64,000 bases of DNA. Source: Balanoglossus misakiensis. Its lineage: Eukaryota; Animalia; Hemichordata. The notes under the pieces are model-generated. The model was not told where the DNA came from. It did not search any database and saw only the letters and a list, made by a program, of their open reading frames with translations. The DNA lies in assembly GCA_040954595.2 (NCBI GenBank), contig CM082592.2, positions 8,233,677 through 8,297,676 on the forward strand. Direction: 5' to 3'. Position 1 is the first letter of the stretch. Each line of letters begins with the position of its first letter. This document shows positions 37,460 to 52,100 of this stretch, piece after piece. The position numbers were made by a program, and so were the translations under genes.

Positions 37460-40102
37460 ATTCCAACACAAATAGACTTTATTAACAGGAATAACTTATT
37501 TTTATTCTACAAATTGTGTGAAAAAGTATAAATTATCATAGAATTTCATTGTCATCTGTCACAATTTGAACAATATTCCGATAGCATCGACTAAATACAA
37601 ATATATATATAGACCCGGAAAAACGACACCTTGGCTTTTAAACCTTGCAAAGTATAACTTTATTTGTTTGCAAGAATGCATTGGAATTACAAAAAGGTCT
37701 CACTATATTCTTCTCAGTCGATCCAGTATCCTGTCCACTGGGAAATATATATTTTTTCTTATTCAATTTGGGAGAAATAACAAGAAAACAGAGTTGAGAT
37801 GTTACATTTCAAACAGAAAAAAGAGTGAGAGAGAGAGAGAAAAAAAATGAATATACCGAGGCCTCAGTGTACGGAGTCACCAAAGTCAATATTTACATAA
37901 ACGGAATAAACATTTGTTTATATATATAATTATTATGTTGCAGTTGCACCTCAGAAGGCAACTGAAATAAAATTCGATGAAAAGACGTCTTCATGCAATT
38001 CTTGTACCATCAGGTGCTGAAATTCCCCCTTCTTCTAAAAGTCTGCTCGTTTGTGGACAAATAAGATGGAAGTCCCCCCCCTCCCCACCCTTAAAGTAAC
38101 CTTTGACCCCCCAAACTTCCTAATTTGGGAGTGACCCTACACGCAATACCGTATACGATAAAAGCGGTAAGGACAAGACTAGCCATTGTATCGAACGATG
38201 CAATGAAATACTGCCTGTTCGTAGTGTGATTTCCCCGCATTTCATTTTTGAGCATCAAAAAATCCACCAGAAATCTATCCACAAAGGTCCGACTTGAATT
38301 GCAACAAGTGACTACCACACATCTTGTCGCAGACATCTTTTTCACCATCTGGGGTTGACACCATTTTTGCTCCAGGTAAAGGGGTGGATGGGGTTGTACG
38401 CAGTGAGGGTGATATGTCAAGCTGGCGGTTCTGGAGAAAGCCCGTCTTTTAAGCTCTTCCTAAAAGAACAGTTTAAGTTTTATTTTTCGGGGCTGCAGTT
38501 GTGAGAATTCTCTGAGGTGTTTTTTTTTAAAAACAATCAGACCAAAAGATTGTCCAGAAACACTAACATTACACCAAAACCCTGACATCCACTTGAAATT
38601 ATGAGAATCGTTCACATAACTTCCCGTTTTCTTCTCTATCTGTGGGTAAAAATACAAAGTTTGCAGTTTGTCTAAACACAGACAAGCAAGACTTCTTTTT
38701 AAATTTCTCAAGCTGAGCTACGCTAACTCCACCCCTTTGTCTCTGTGTAAAAAGTAAACTACATTCTCCTCTGATAAGAATTTTTGCAACATTCCTACCC
38801 CTGATAAAAAATAAGTTATTAAAGTCATCCTCTGAAATAATGTCTTACATCACTTTATAGACATATGTACAGACAAAAAAAAAAACGAAAAATTTAATAA
38901 GTCTCTGTGACTTTCAGAATAAATCTTTCCATTCACTTCTGTACAAAATAACGCTCCTGGGTTTCTGGCGCGGTAAAACCTCGAGCGTCGAATATATTTT
39001 AAAACTGTGGCCACCTTGAAAAAGTCAAGGGTCGTACATTTTGAATGCAATTTGATTTGAAACATTATGTAAACACAGGTCTTGCTTTTTGGACAAAAAA
39101 AGCAGTCACTTTTTATAGAATTAGACCTCTGATTGCATCAAATCCAGGCTCGGAGAACATCTGTGAAAATTACTTTGCACACACTTTGGATTGCGTTTGG
39201 CATCCCAAGCTCTTGGACTTCATATTTTGTAATACCACTAAAATAACATTCATTTTTTTTCTATTTCAGTTTATTAATTTTCAGCATTTACAGTAAAACT
39301 TGTCCAGCAGCGTTGGTTTGGTTTGGTTGTTCGAGCCCCGTAGACATCGCATCGCGACAGGCGCCCGAATAAGTCAGCAATCTTCTGGTGCTCAGATTGC
39401 TGCATCATTTGTGAATTGTTTTCACATTATATTCTGGTTTCAAAATTTCAGGCCTCAGACGGAAAAAGACAGCGGTGCTGTCTGTTGCAGTATTTCCTTA
39501 GGTCCTTGCCGCTTTCCAGCAAACACACACAAATGTTGTCACACATTCCGAGTGTTTTGTTGCTTCACTGGTTTCCATTAGTGATCACCTGCCGTTTGTG
39601 TTTCCGACAGAATTCCGACTGTTTTCAGAGATGCCGGTACTTCCAGAGGTCTGTGTCTTCGGCACGACTCAGTGCGCCGACACAGACGCACAAAACAGAG
39701 ACTGGTTTCAGCTCAGGCAAAAAGTTCTTAAAAAAAGCATTTTTGCTCCCTAGGTGGTGGATCTTCCGAAAGCTCTTCCGATACTGCAAACACTTGCACT
39801 GGGTTGTGTGAAGTCAGTGTCACAAAGGAAAGCCCCCTTGTACTGTTTCAGGTAGTTTTGACCGCACAGCTGATCTGAGCTGCGCAAAGGCGACCTTTTC
39901 GTGCACACACCACGTTACAGAGTCACTCAAGCCACGGAGTTCCATGCATCACACACACACAACAGCGAAGCAGAACACTGCAGCATTCACCATCAAATCG
40001 CAGTCGCCCCACTGATGTACAAAGAAGCGACGCTCCAAGCACCCCTAGCCTCAGCATCATACACAGATTGCCAGATTACAGCTGCCGTGAATGTAGCGTG
40101 GA
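37460..40102 (-). other. MED13: Probable long (~2.6 kb) 3' UTR of MED13
   Basis: Follows TGA at 40105-40103; U-rich on the sense strand; tttatt (AATAAA on -) at ~37478 and ~37501. Confidence 0.55.
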
Positions 40103-43100
40103 TCAAAGCAACGCGGCCACTGTGTTGTAGAGTTGCATAAGAACCACGAAGTGAACCGGCAGACAGGAACGCCTGTCTTTGGTGGAAGGGTCAGCTGTTA
40201 GCCAGGACAACGCATTGTAATTCTCCAGCACATACCTGGAACAAAACATTACAAGGTCTTAGTCACTTTACAAATTTTAAATCATCACACTCTTTCTATC
40301 CATATTTGGATAAGTTCTGACATACTATGCAAATCATTTCTTGCCATATTCGGTCAATGGTTATCTCAGCTGCAAGTTCTCTGACCATATATGGGCATTG
40401 ACCATATCAGTGAGGGGGGGGGGGGGGGGACTCACCTGAGTACGTCAGTTGTAAAATTGGAATCTAGTGGATGTGTATGCCTCTGCTGCATAATGTCGTC
40501 TGACTGATGTACTGAAGGGGTGTGGACATGTAAGGCAGACTGAAAGAAAAAACACAGAGAACAGCACATTACTTATATTGTCCCACCTCAAAGTTGTGAC
40601 AAGAAAATCAATCTGACAAAATAAAGATGGCTTACTTTGAGGAAGACCGGACAGGAGTGTTCTGCTTGGGGACTGGACGCCCAGAACCAGCTGGGAAGAG
40701 GACCAGTCGCAGCTGTGGAAACGTAGAAGCCGAGAGCCAGGGGCTGCTGCAGGATAAATACCTCTTCTGTTTCGCTACCCTGATAGAGAAACGTACAAGA
40801 TCATATTAATTACACTGTGGTCTAATGTTATACGCTGGTAACATGACAATCACTGGCTGGTGAATGTGTTGTATGAATGATTACATATGTGTAAGCAGTG
40901 TGTGTAAATGTATTTATGTGTGTGGGCATCAATATGCTTTTACTGCATTGGCAACTTTCATGACCTCTCCAAGTGATCTGATCATAGCAACTGCTTGTGT
41001 TAGTTCATTGCGGCCACAAGTAGTAACAACAGTACATACCTTTGCAGTGCCATCTCCGGAGGATTGCATTCCGTTGGCGTTATTGGGAGAACCCGGCCGG
41101 CCCTCTCCGCCGCCGAGCTGCGACGGATCGGGGTCGTTGGGAGACGGCGACGCGGGGAGGATGTCCAAGAAGTGGGACAAGTCGGTGTCGGTCAGGTCCT
41201 CGTTCAGCTCGTCGCTGCTCATGAACATCAGCTCGTCCGGCATGACGTCCCCGCTGGCGTTGAAATCCGTCGGTTCCGACATCAGGCCGGAGGAGGCCAC
41301 CTGGGTGGTGGCACTCGTTGGGAACACCTGGATGTGGGTACAAGTGGCGTCGCCCGGCGAGTGCAACATGGTGAGGTTCTGTTGCGAGAAGGCACTCCGT
41401 CCCGTTCTGTCCGTGGACACTGAATCTGAAGAAACAAAAAGCAAATTTTCACTCAAGTCAATAACAGTACTAAGGATGTATGTGCACTATGGGCACATGA
41501 AATTTGTCACTTCCTATAGGATTACATTGAATATTGTTAGTAAACCCACTTCTAACTATTACACATAGTTCAGATACCACTGCACACAGCACTATGCAGT
41601 GATATAACCTGGAGAATGTAAAACCACCAGTCGACACACAGAATGAAGATTTGCCCACTTACCAGCCATTATCCTGACTTGCGGATCCGGTTCCATCGAC
41701 ACAAGGCAAGCACTGAGGATGCAGGGATAGTCGTTGGTGTTCCCAGTGATGTTGCAGGTCTTGCACATGTCCCTCATCTGTTTGCTGCGACTCAGTAAAT
41801 TCTTCCTGTTGAGAACAAGACTCCAGTCTACAGAAAGAGAGAGAAGAAGACTTATAAAACTGGCAATGATGTAGAAATCAGGGGGAAAAGGTTGAGCATG
41901 AGACAGAACAGGCAAATTCAAAACTAGAAATCGTTATCATTTTATGAAACCTTATAAAGGCATCTCGCTGTAACATGGCTGTTACAACATGTTATTGTGA
42001 AAAGGCCCTACCTTTGAGTTCCCCGTGTCCAAGTCTTCCCAGACGCCCCACGATGAGTCTCCACGGCAACGCCGCTGTCGTCGAGACACTGATGATGAAG
42101 TCCCACAGCTTGCGGATGGCGTACTGCCTCACTGAAACCTTCTTCCGTCTTTTGCTGCGATAAAAACACAAAATTGGACGTGATTAAGTGCTGGTAAGAG
42201 GGACAGCAGTAATGTTGGACCTCTGAAGAGGGAACTGGGGGTGAAAGGGTTTAAACTGAAGAGTCCAAAGCTGGCAGCAGACTTACCTGTTTGGAATATC
42301 GATGTTTATGACACAGCTCTCCATCAGCTCCCCTCTCTGGTCGGTGCAGGTGGCTAGCAGCCATCTTTGATCATGAGACAAGCAGTACCCAACAAACAAC
42401 TCTCCGCACTGCTGCACGGTGTCGCCGAATGTCTCCGTCAGTTCCGTCTGTTTGTCCTTCAGCGGGGCCAGGATGTACGGTGGTGTGTAAAGTTTAAAGG
42501 GCAACTCCTGAGCCTGGGGGAGGGGTTAGAATAAATTTTAAGTTTACAAAAAAGATTATGATATAATAATATGACTACCAAATCGTAAAAAGTGGAGATA
42601 CATGTATTCTATATTATTAACACACACGTTGTATCTACAAAGATTTTCAACCACAGCACAACATCAAGTTCATAACTACCTCTTTGGTCTTAAGGATCTT
42701 TTCAAGGTCAGCTGCAGTTCCGAAACCGGTCAGGGACTTCGTCGACACCGTGGAAACCATGTACTTTCTGCACTGGGTGAACACCGAGAACGCCAAGGCC
42801 TTGGTCTGATCCAGATTTCTGGTCCCTTCCTCCGTCCTGGTGAACTGCAAGACTTGCTGAAGAGGCACAACCTGTAAAGACAATCAAGGTTACATCTAGC
42901 AATAACAGAACTCCTTCCCCTCCCCATGGAGAGAAAATGAAACCAACCAGGTTGAATCTATAACAACAGCACATTCCACAATTTAGGGTTGCGTGGGTAA
43001 ATTATCAAAAGACAGCCGGCGTGGTTACCTGTACACTGATGGTTTTCCTGAGGTTGTCAGGTAGCCCTGGCAGCATTTCCGCAAAGCAGCGCAGCAAACC

Positions 43101-46100
43101 GGCGGTCCACATCGCCTGGCTGCCGTCCTCGTTGTCCTTGCCGTAGGAGAAGGGGTCCACCAGGTAGACCACCACGAAGGGCGGGCACTTGCTGTCGTCG
43201 TCCGAGTCCACCACGGCCCTCTTGCAGCCGTCTCGGCTCTCGGACGGGCCGTCGTGGTCGCCGTGTCCCGAGCCGCTCCCCGAGTGGTGGCCCGCGCTGC
43301 TGCTGCTCGATGAGGTAGACATTGGGTGAGATCCGCCGCTGGCTGCGTCTGCGTTGCTGTCTCCGCCGTGGCCGTGACTGCTGCTCGGGTGGCTGCTGCT
43401 GCTGCTGCTGGATGGTGGCGGACAGCTGGTCATGTGAGACGGCCGCTCCGGTCTGCTCGCGTCGAACATGCTTCGGTCGACCGGTTGTGTGGCTAGAAGT
43501 GGTGCTGCAAACGATACCATAAAGACATTAGTTACAGAGGGATTCAATTTACACAATCACTGCTCACTTGAAAATGTTCACGGAAAGGCAATAAAAATAA
43601 ACAAAAAAGAATAATAACATAGTCCCTTACCTAAGTAGTGTTTACACACTTGGGCATAGAGTTTCAGTTTTGCTGCATCAGCAACATTACCTTGCTGTGA
43701 AAACCAATCATCTACTACCACGTCTGCAACTTTCTTGTAAGAAACTTTGCGTATCCTCATGATGCCGTCGCGCAAAACTTTGGGATTATATGGCACGTGT
43801 CGACCAAGTCTACAAGTCTGGAAAGACACAAAATGGAATGAATGTCAACAAACCCACAACTACGCTGTCAAAGACACAGATGTAATATTACCGTTTTCTC
43901 TTACTTGAATATCTCTGAAACCACCGCCTTCAAGAATCTGGCTGCAAAGCACTAGACGAGTGCAAAAAAACAAAAGGTACCAACATATCACCACCACAGA
44001 GGGCGCCCCACTCACCTCATACACAGCACTGAGTTCTTTGAAGAATACTTTTGTTGATTGAAGGATGAAGTCGCTGTCCGGAGTGACAACTACATATGCA
44101 ACATCATGCGCTGCACAGTAAGGCTCCAGCAGAAGTTTATCCTGGAAAGTAAAAAAAAAGTGTACTTGTATGTAAGCTTACAGACAATCTAGTGTATGAA
44201 ATCCAGTCACAAGGTATTCACATTTTTGAATTTCTTTCCAAGAGGACATATAAGCTTCACTTACCCAGTAATGCATTGCATATGGTGACAAAGACAGCCA
44301 ATCCTTGTCATTGCCGACCAGAAAAGATGGCACTGGCAGTGGTTCGGGGGACTCCGCTAAAAAAAGAAAACATCGGCTTGATGAAATAATCTTAGATATA
44401 AATAGTATGTGCATACAATCCATCATGGTTTTCCCAATCCTGTACCACAACTATGACATTAAAAAAACACCAATGAAAGTCTCACCTTTGCTCTTGCTGG
44501 CTATCCTAAATAACGTGTGCCAAGTTAGGGGGCCCTGAACAATGTACTGTGCCGGTTCCCACGACCTGCTGATCCGCTTGCGTTTGATCACTTCTTGTAG
44601 ATATGGTTTGAGGGTTGTCAGGATTCGAACACAGTCCGTTGACGAAAGCTGACAACGATCATCAACTGAAGGAAGGAAAAATGTAGAACATGAGCTCAAA
44701 CAACTGAACGGGAACATCTATGAACACTTTTCCCTGATCATAAAATACTTCACCCAATGCAAACATGTTGAACCTACCCAGTCATTTTCTCATCTACAAA
44801 TCAAGGATAATGGTAAAACTGATTAACGCTGTTCATATTTTATCCTGTGAACCAACATTTTGCACTTATCCAATTTGTTTGTGTCTAGGTTACGTGACTG
44901 CATGTATTACTGAAACAATATGGCCGCCACTTGGGTCATACTGAAACAATATGGCCGCCACTTGGGTCATACTGAAACAATATGGCCGCCACTTGGGTCA
45001 TATAGTTGGTAATACTGGATTCGCGGACATACCTGCACCCGTTGTAAATGCCCAGCTCTGCAGACAAGTAGCCTTGAGTAAAGTGTCGTCCAGTTTATTC
45101 AGGTTACTTCCGTCCATGAGTTGCCGGCCCTGCTCCAAGGCGTGGAAGCAGGCGTCGCAGCCGTCCGAGAGTTCCAGCTGGTTCCTGGCGATCAGTCCTG
45201 AGTTATTGCCGGCCTTCTGCCGGCTCACCACGCACTCCAGCTTGCACAGAGTGCCGTACGGAGACGCGCACTGGTCCTCGACGATCTCCACGAGAATGTC
45301 GGGAACGCGGCGGTTTCCCTCAGTCCTGGAGTGACCGGCGGCGTCGTCGGCACTCCCGGCCCCTTTCCGGCCGGGATCCGGCGGCGACACGTGGTCGGTG
45401 TTTTGAGCCCACAAGGCTATGTCGTGCTGCTGCCCCGTAATATCCTGCTCGTCCTCGGCGAACAGCCCGCTACCCGTGCCGTACCGGCGGTTCATGATGG
45501 CGCTAAATCCACACTGGCATTTGTACTGCGGTTGGTTCGTGTTGTCCTGCAGGTAGAGCCCTGCATCGTTTCCTTTGATGTTCATGTTACACACACAAAT
45601 AACACAGCTGTCAAAGTTCCTGTCCTTGAAGATGTTCAACAGGGAATCGGACAGCACCAGGTTCACAAACAAGCTGTGGGCCTCGGGTATGTTATTCGCG
45701 GGCGTGGGAGGCTCCATGGAGTTCAAATTTTTAACGTACGACGACGGCGTCGAGGCGGGCGAGTTCTCGAAGTTCGACTGGTGTTCCTGGCTTCCTTGGA
45801 ATGTGGCTGGTGACTGCAGGACTCCAGGTGTTCCGGCAGAAGGCAGGGATGTAATTGGTTGGTTGAATTTGACCATGTCAGTGTCAACGCTACTCACACT
45901 TGGCAGGTTCGTGTCCTTCCCTGAATGGAGGAACTCCTGTTTCTGTGGTACTCCAACCTGGGTGGACAAGATGGTAGAAAAAAGACGAATGTGAACAAAC
46001 AAAGAAATACCAAGCCAGTAGGGTTAGGGATTTCAGGGGTATGCTTATCCAGTTAAAGAACACCAGAGATACATGTGTGACAGTCACAGTACGTAACTTG

Positions 46101-49100
46101 GGTAGCATGGGGTTTCCTCCAGTAACTGTGCATTCCGAGCAGAGGTTAGGAGAGTGTCCGGGCAGTAGTGAGGAGGGAAAGGGGAGGGGGGGGGGGGAGC
46201 ACTTACCTGCCAGGAGGGTTTGTAGATGCAGTTCTCTGGTACCTTCAGAGGTGGTAGTTTGGAGCTTGGCAGTGCTTTCAATGGAGCGTACATTGTAGAT
46301 CCGTGAAACCTTTGTGAAGTGGGTACTCTGTACACAAACGACCAGTCCTGAATACAGATCACAAACAAGACACTGTAAGTCTGGTAGCAGATGAAGAAAT
46401 GACTCTACGTGTGTTTCCAATAACTGGCGTGTGATAGGTGATAGTACCAGCTACTTTCAGTCCAATTTTATGTGATCCTGAAATATACTGCGAAACTAGG
46501 CAACATACAAAGCCCTTTCATGTTATTACACAGGCCACTCACCTTGATGGGTTCTGGCTTTGGACTCCCTAGGCTTTCTTCAATTTCAATGTCTGTCAGA
46601 TCCGGCACGGTTGAGGAGCCGTCCAGATGCGTGGCACCCGGAGCCGAATCCGGATTGATGTACTCTGCACTTCCGGGATTGCAAGGTGAGAAGGCTGGAT
46701 TCTGTTCCAGGGAGGGAGGCGTGGGAAACATCCTGGCTAGCTCGCTGGCACCTGTGCGTTGGAGGGGTCAGAATGCCGGAATCAATGACAAGCTCAAATG
46801 AACAATACTCTATACTTTGGTGCGTTTTTCTGCAGACTCGAGACAAAGTCATGTTTGTTGTGCGGGTGATGTATAGCCAGTTTGTCACTAACAATCTGAC
46901 AAAGTGGAAAGCTTCACCCTGTGTTTAATTTATGCAGACGGAGACCTGGTTAAAAGACTGTGGACGAGTAACCAGTTTTGAGTAAGTCTGCAAGACAGGC
47001 AATTCACTGTAACAGTGACTGTGTGAAATATTCAATATAGTATATCTCAATAGGTGATGCCAATACACAACCTTTTTGAAAGCTGACCCCATAATGCTTG
47101 TTACTGTATGTCAATGTGTGATTAAGTATGGTGTGCAGATCCATGCAATGCTGCTGTGCCCACTGCACTGTTTGTGTGCTAACTGCAGCCTTCAAAATAT
47201 CCCAATGAGTATTACATCAATACTCTGCACACACACACATGCTGGTAGTTCTACATAGCTGTCCAGAGACAACCAGCATAATTAACAACCACCAAACAAC
47301 ATAACAACTAACATTAACAAATTACGTTAAAGGACGTCAGCTTTGTTGTCCTGCTTCGGGTCAACTCACCTAGGAAACCGTTTGTACTGCTATTGAGGGA
47401 GCTTCCTTTGTTGCTACTGTTGCTGGGCCTAAGGGGGCCATCATCCGTGATCTGTGAGATCTTGTGTGTGAGGTCCTCAAACGGGAGCTGAAATGACAAA
47501 CACAATCCATCAGATGTATCTCAATTATATACAGTTACAGACAGAGAAAGCTATTGAATCAATTTCTCACTTCACTCAACAGATTGACACCACCAGCTCA
47601 CTTACCCCAGTGTCGTCATCGTCAGACGACTCAAACAGCTGATCCAGGTCGTTGGCAGTCACTACCAGATCGGTTTCTCTCATCAAGCTGGCCGAGGGGT
47701 CTGGTCGCGCTGAGGGCAGACCTGTTATTGAACCTGCATTGCATGGAACGAATAATAAATTTCATCAGATGATGTGACACTAAGACATATACATTCACAG
47801 CAACCGGGAAAATCTCAGTTTTATTCTGAAATCAACACTTTACATGCTATGTCAAAGGCCACATTTTAAAGCTAACTAATCTATTTTACATGGAGAGTTT
47901 TCAACCTATTCACAGAGCTTGATCACACACCAGTGCAAGGAAAGAGGAGAATGGGAAGCAGAGAAACAGAAGTCACAGATGAGTCACCCAAAATGTACAC
48001 ATGGTGCAACATCATGCCACAAACACCATATCACGAAGACAGTATATGCGTGAAATGCAATTTACAAAGAAAAGGAAGTAAAAAGTTGTGCCTCAGCCCT
48101 TACGTTGTTGTGACTTACTTCTGCCTGATACCAGGGCATTTTTCTCATTTGCTTGGTCTCCTCCCTTCGACTGATTCTGTTCCTGTTTGACTTTCTCCTC
48201 CTCAGCTTTCTTCTGCTCCTCCTGGGACAGGAAAAGAAAGGGGAATTAATCAGATTGGCCACTTGCTGGCGCCATTCATAAAGTGTTATCATTGGATCAC
48301 AGGTAGTTCATAGATTATACACTGTCAGGCAGAAGAAATAAGAACTTCAATTTAACCCCATTCATCCCAAATCCACTGTGGATATTGACTTGATATCATA
48401 TTCAGTGACATAGTATTTCAGGAAAGAGATTTTAATTAAAATTTAAGACACTGCTTCATGAAACAATTGCAGCATATGGTACAACCACCTGCCGCAACAC
48501 GCATGAAGCGGTTGCACCATATGTACAAAACTCTTACATACACAAGTGGGACGTTGATAACAAAATAAATACACTCGCATGCAGTCACTTGTACTAAATA
48601 CATACATAAACACATTCACATGACATCAAACGCGTGTCAATGAATATTAAATAAAGCGACCATTTTACCTCTTGCTTCTTGCGATCCTGCTTTCGAATAC
48701 TGTTGCGTCTTTGAAGAATTCCCCGTCCTTTCTTCCCGTCTTTGCCTCTGTTTCTCTGAAACAATGGCCCTGTCTGGGTCTGAACATACAATACCGTTGC
48801 ACTCTCTGCTTCGTATGAAACCACCGCACACAAACGAACAACTCACAGCATCAACCCTCTCAGTCCTTCATGAAAATCTTAAAAGGTGTACATATTTGCG
48901 TTACTGTATTTTCCTCCTATACACCACAACAAATTCCCCCCACATTCTCACCACAACCGACCCACAGCAGTGAATACAGTCAACGCTGACATTTCTAACT
49001 TACAGTTGGATCTTCCATGAATTCATAGGGATCGACCGGCTCCGGCGATGGAGGCTGCGGGGCTCGGTTTTCCATCGGCATGGATATTGCCATCTTGGAA

Positions 49101-52100
49101 AGCACTGGTTCTTCCGGCTCCATTTTGTATTCAGGCTTCAGTTTCTTGCTAGGCTGCTGATAAAATCTGTCAACGAAAAAAGTTAACATGAGATAAAGAT
49201 ACCATCAATGACCTAAAGGGGTCATTACACAAACTCTGATCAGAAACAGTGACCAGATGGTCAAACTCCAAAAAACTAAAAACACAAGATAATAACTTAC
49301 TCGTTTTCTTCACTCAAACTGTACAACGATTCCAAGTTAGCGTCCAGTGATTGGTCTTCGTAGACGTGACACGGCAGAAGCGGCCTTTTCAGGTTGACCT
49401 GTTCCGTCTGCGGCAGCTTGTAGCACTGCCACAGCAGATCCTCCTGTTTACTGTTCTCGTCCTCAGTGTCCTTCTCACTGAGCAGGTGATCAATAGTCCT
49501 GGCCAGAACGCCGTTGCTCTCGTTCTGGCTCGAGTCAAGGTTCTCGGCCGCTTGGCCCAGGTGCGAGTCTTGGCGGTTGAAGCCCGTGCTGGCCATGGAG
49601 TTGGAGGTCTCCGACTCGGAGCCCGGCCGCGGCGGTGGGTAGGGACTGAGCGTGGGCATTGTCCTCTCCGGGTTACTATTCGTGTTAGGTGGGGGGTAAA
49701 GCGGCGAGGGGACCGCCGAGTGGGGCGAGTCGGTGGGCCCCACGTCCGGACCGCCGCCCGCCGCCGCCTTGACTTGCTGACTGGCGGAGGAGGAGGAGGA
49801 GGGAGGTATTTTCTTCTTTGCACTGGCGTCCGGGTGAGCTGAGGTAATCAACTGGGGCTGGTGAATTCCCAGCCTCTGGTTGGCCGCGTCGTGCTCCACA
49901 GTCACGAGGTCATCGTTCAGCGAGGAACGATGATGGAATGGTGTGAGAGGGCGCACATTACGCATAAGCTGCTTGTCCTGTTTGGAGTCCATTTTGTGTT
50001 TGCTGCTGCTGCTGCTGCCACTGCCCAGTCCGCTGCTTCCGCTCATGTGCGATCCGGACATGGGCTTTCCGAAATGGTGGAATGGTCTCTTCTGCTGTGC
50101 CTTTTGCCTGCGAAAGATTCACATTTAAAAAATGATCAGCGGGTCAGACTCTACTGCTGCAGGGTCAGGTATGAGCCATTCTATCCATGGCTGTCATTGG
50201 CCAAGGCATCGAGCAGTCTGATTGGTTGATATATTATTCATTATAACACACTTCGCTACCAAAAAGCATATCTTAGGGCTAACCAGCCACTCACCTAGAA
50301 CATGTGCAGTTTGCCTTGACCGTCGGATCGGTCATGTCCCAGAATCCGCCAGTGATTGCCATATTCGGAGAAGCGCTGGCCGTACTGCTGGTGGTGGTAG
50401 TGGTGGTTGTGGTTGTGGATGTAGTTGAGGCCGACGACCCACTCCCTCCAGGGACTTCCTCACTGGTGGAAGAGGGTGCTTGGGGAGGCGGCGGAGGTGG
50501 TGGGAGTGGGGGAGGCGGAGGAGTTGGTTCTACACTTTGTGGCCTGAAAGATGAAGACATATGGGAATAAACACAAGTATTTAGCATTGGTGGCTTGGAC
50601 ATGTGTGGACTGTGATTACCATTTCACCTGGCAATCAATGAGCTACCATGATCTGCAAACATTACCAGAAGATGTATTTCTCCATTATCTGTTTGGTTGT
50701 CGAATAACATACATAAACTCATTATCACTCTCTCTCTCTCTGTCCATCTCTCTCTCTACATTACTTACTTATTAAATGCATTATTTGTAAGAGAGTCTTG
50801 CCACACACTGTCGACAACCTTCTGCGCTATCTTCGGTGACATCTGCAACAGTTGTGACGAGTCAAATCCCATAATACTGTAATCTATGCTGGCTTGGTTC
50901 TGGAACGAGTTGGTTGGCATGACGGTTATCTTGGTTTCCCCCGGCAACACTTGATCACAGGGTGATGTTGGTGGCGTTAGAGACATCACTGAGGATAGAG
51001 AGAGAAGGAAAACGTTGTTTGTAAGAAGACTGCCTATGGGGACGCATTAGAAACCACTGTTGAGGTCCATATGTTTTGTCAATATGAATATACAAAGAAG
51101 TCTGAAGCATAGTGACCAAATTGAGTTCAGCTTCCAATGGTCGGAAATCTCTGGCACTGTTGTCAACTGAGCTAGGGGTATGGAAAATCAACTGCATGTC
51201 TTTACCTGAAGGCATCGTAGCGTTCTTTGTCACCGGGGGTTGCGAGGCTTGCACAGCGGCAGTGGCGGGCTGCGCCATGCCGCCCTGCTGCGCCGGGGGT
51301 GGCGGAGGTGGAGGGTGGACTTCCTCAGGGTGGGCCACCAGGACGAACGACGTGGGATAGCACATCCTCACCCCTCCTGCAAAATGGAAGATTTTGATGC
51401 GTGTCAGTGGAAAGTGGCATCATTAATATGATTGCGTGTCGTATCACCAGCACGATGCTATATCTCTGTGATTGTCAAGACTGGAGATTTCACTTTTGCT
51501 GTCCGTCAGAAATTTGACATCACGTGCGAATCTACATCATGGCAGATCTTTCTCAAACTAGAGAACGTGTCATTAACATCCTCTCTCTGGCAATGACGGG
51601 AATGCAGGGAGAGAGAATCAAAGGGATGTTGAGAGATCGCACTCACCGACTAACACCTCGACCGCTGGCGGAAGTTGAGGACTGTGCGCGTCCGCACTCT
51701 CGGCGCCACCGTCTTCATTTTCGCTGTTCTCGGCGGTCACGTCGATGGGGAAGAACTGTCGCCACTCGTGGAGAAGTTTCTGCGTGTTCTGATCACTCGG
51801 TTTGTACGTCTGTCCAGTCAGCACCCCGCTGAGCCCATAGGGACTAAGTAATACTGGAAAATAAAATGTGGCATTTATTGAAATATACAGTAGACTCTTT
51901 TGGGGGTGATGAGACATGTACCAACTGCCTGTGTTGGCGAAACAAACTGTGTATTGTGTGCCAAGGATTTAAGTGCCCTGGGTGTGAAACTTTGTGTATG
52001 TGTGCAGAGAAACACTGCACTTTCGACACTTCTGTGAAAAGATACAGGTCTAATGAGCTGACCATGTGTCTCAGATCGCATGCCATCAACGTATCGTTTC

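Noticed and set aside
40864-41568. + strand ORFs overlapping MED13 exons (also at 45-46 kb and 49-51 kb)
   Set aside because: Antisense shadows of GC-rich MED13 coding exons with no independent motifs.
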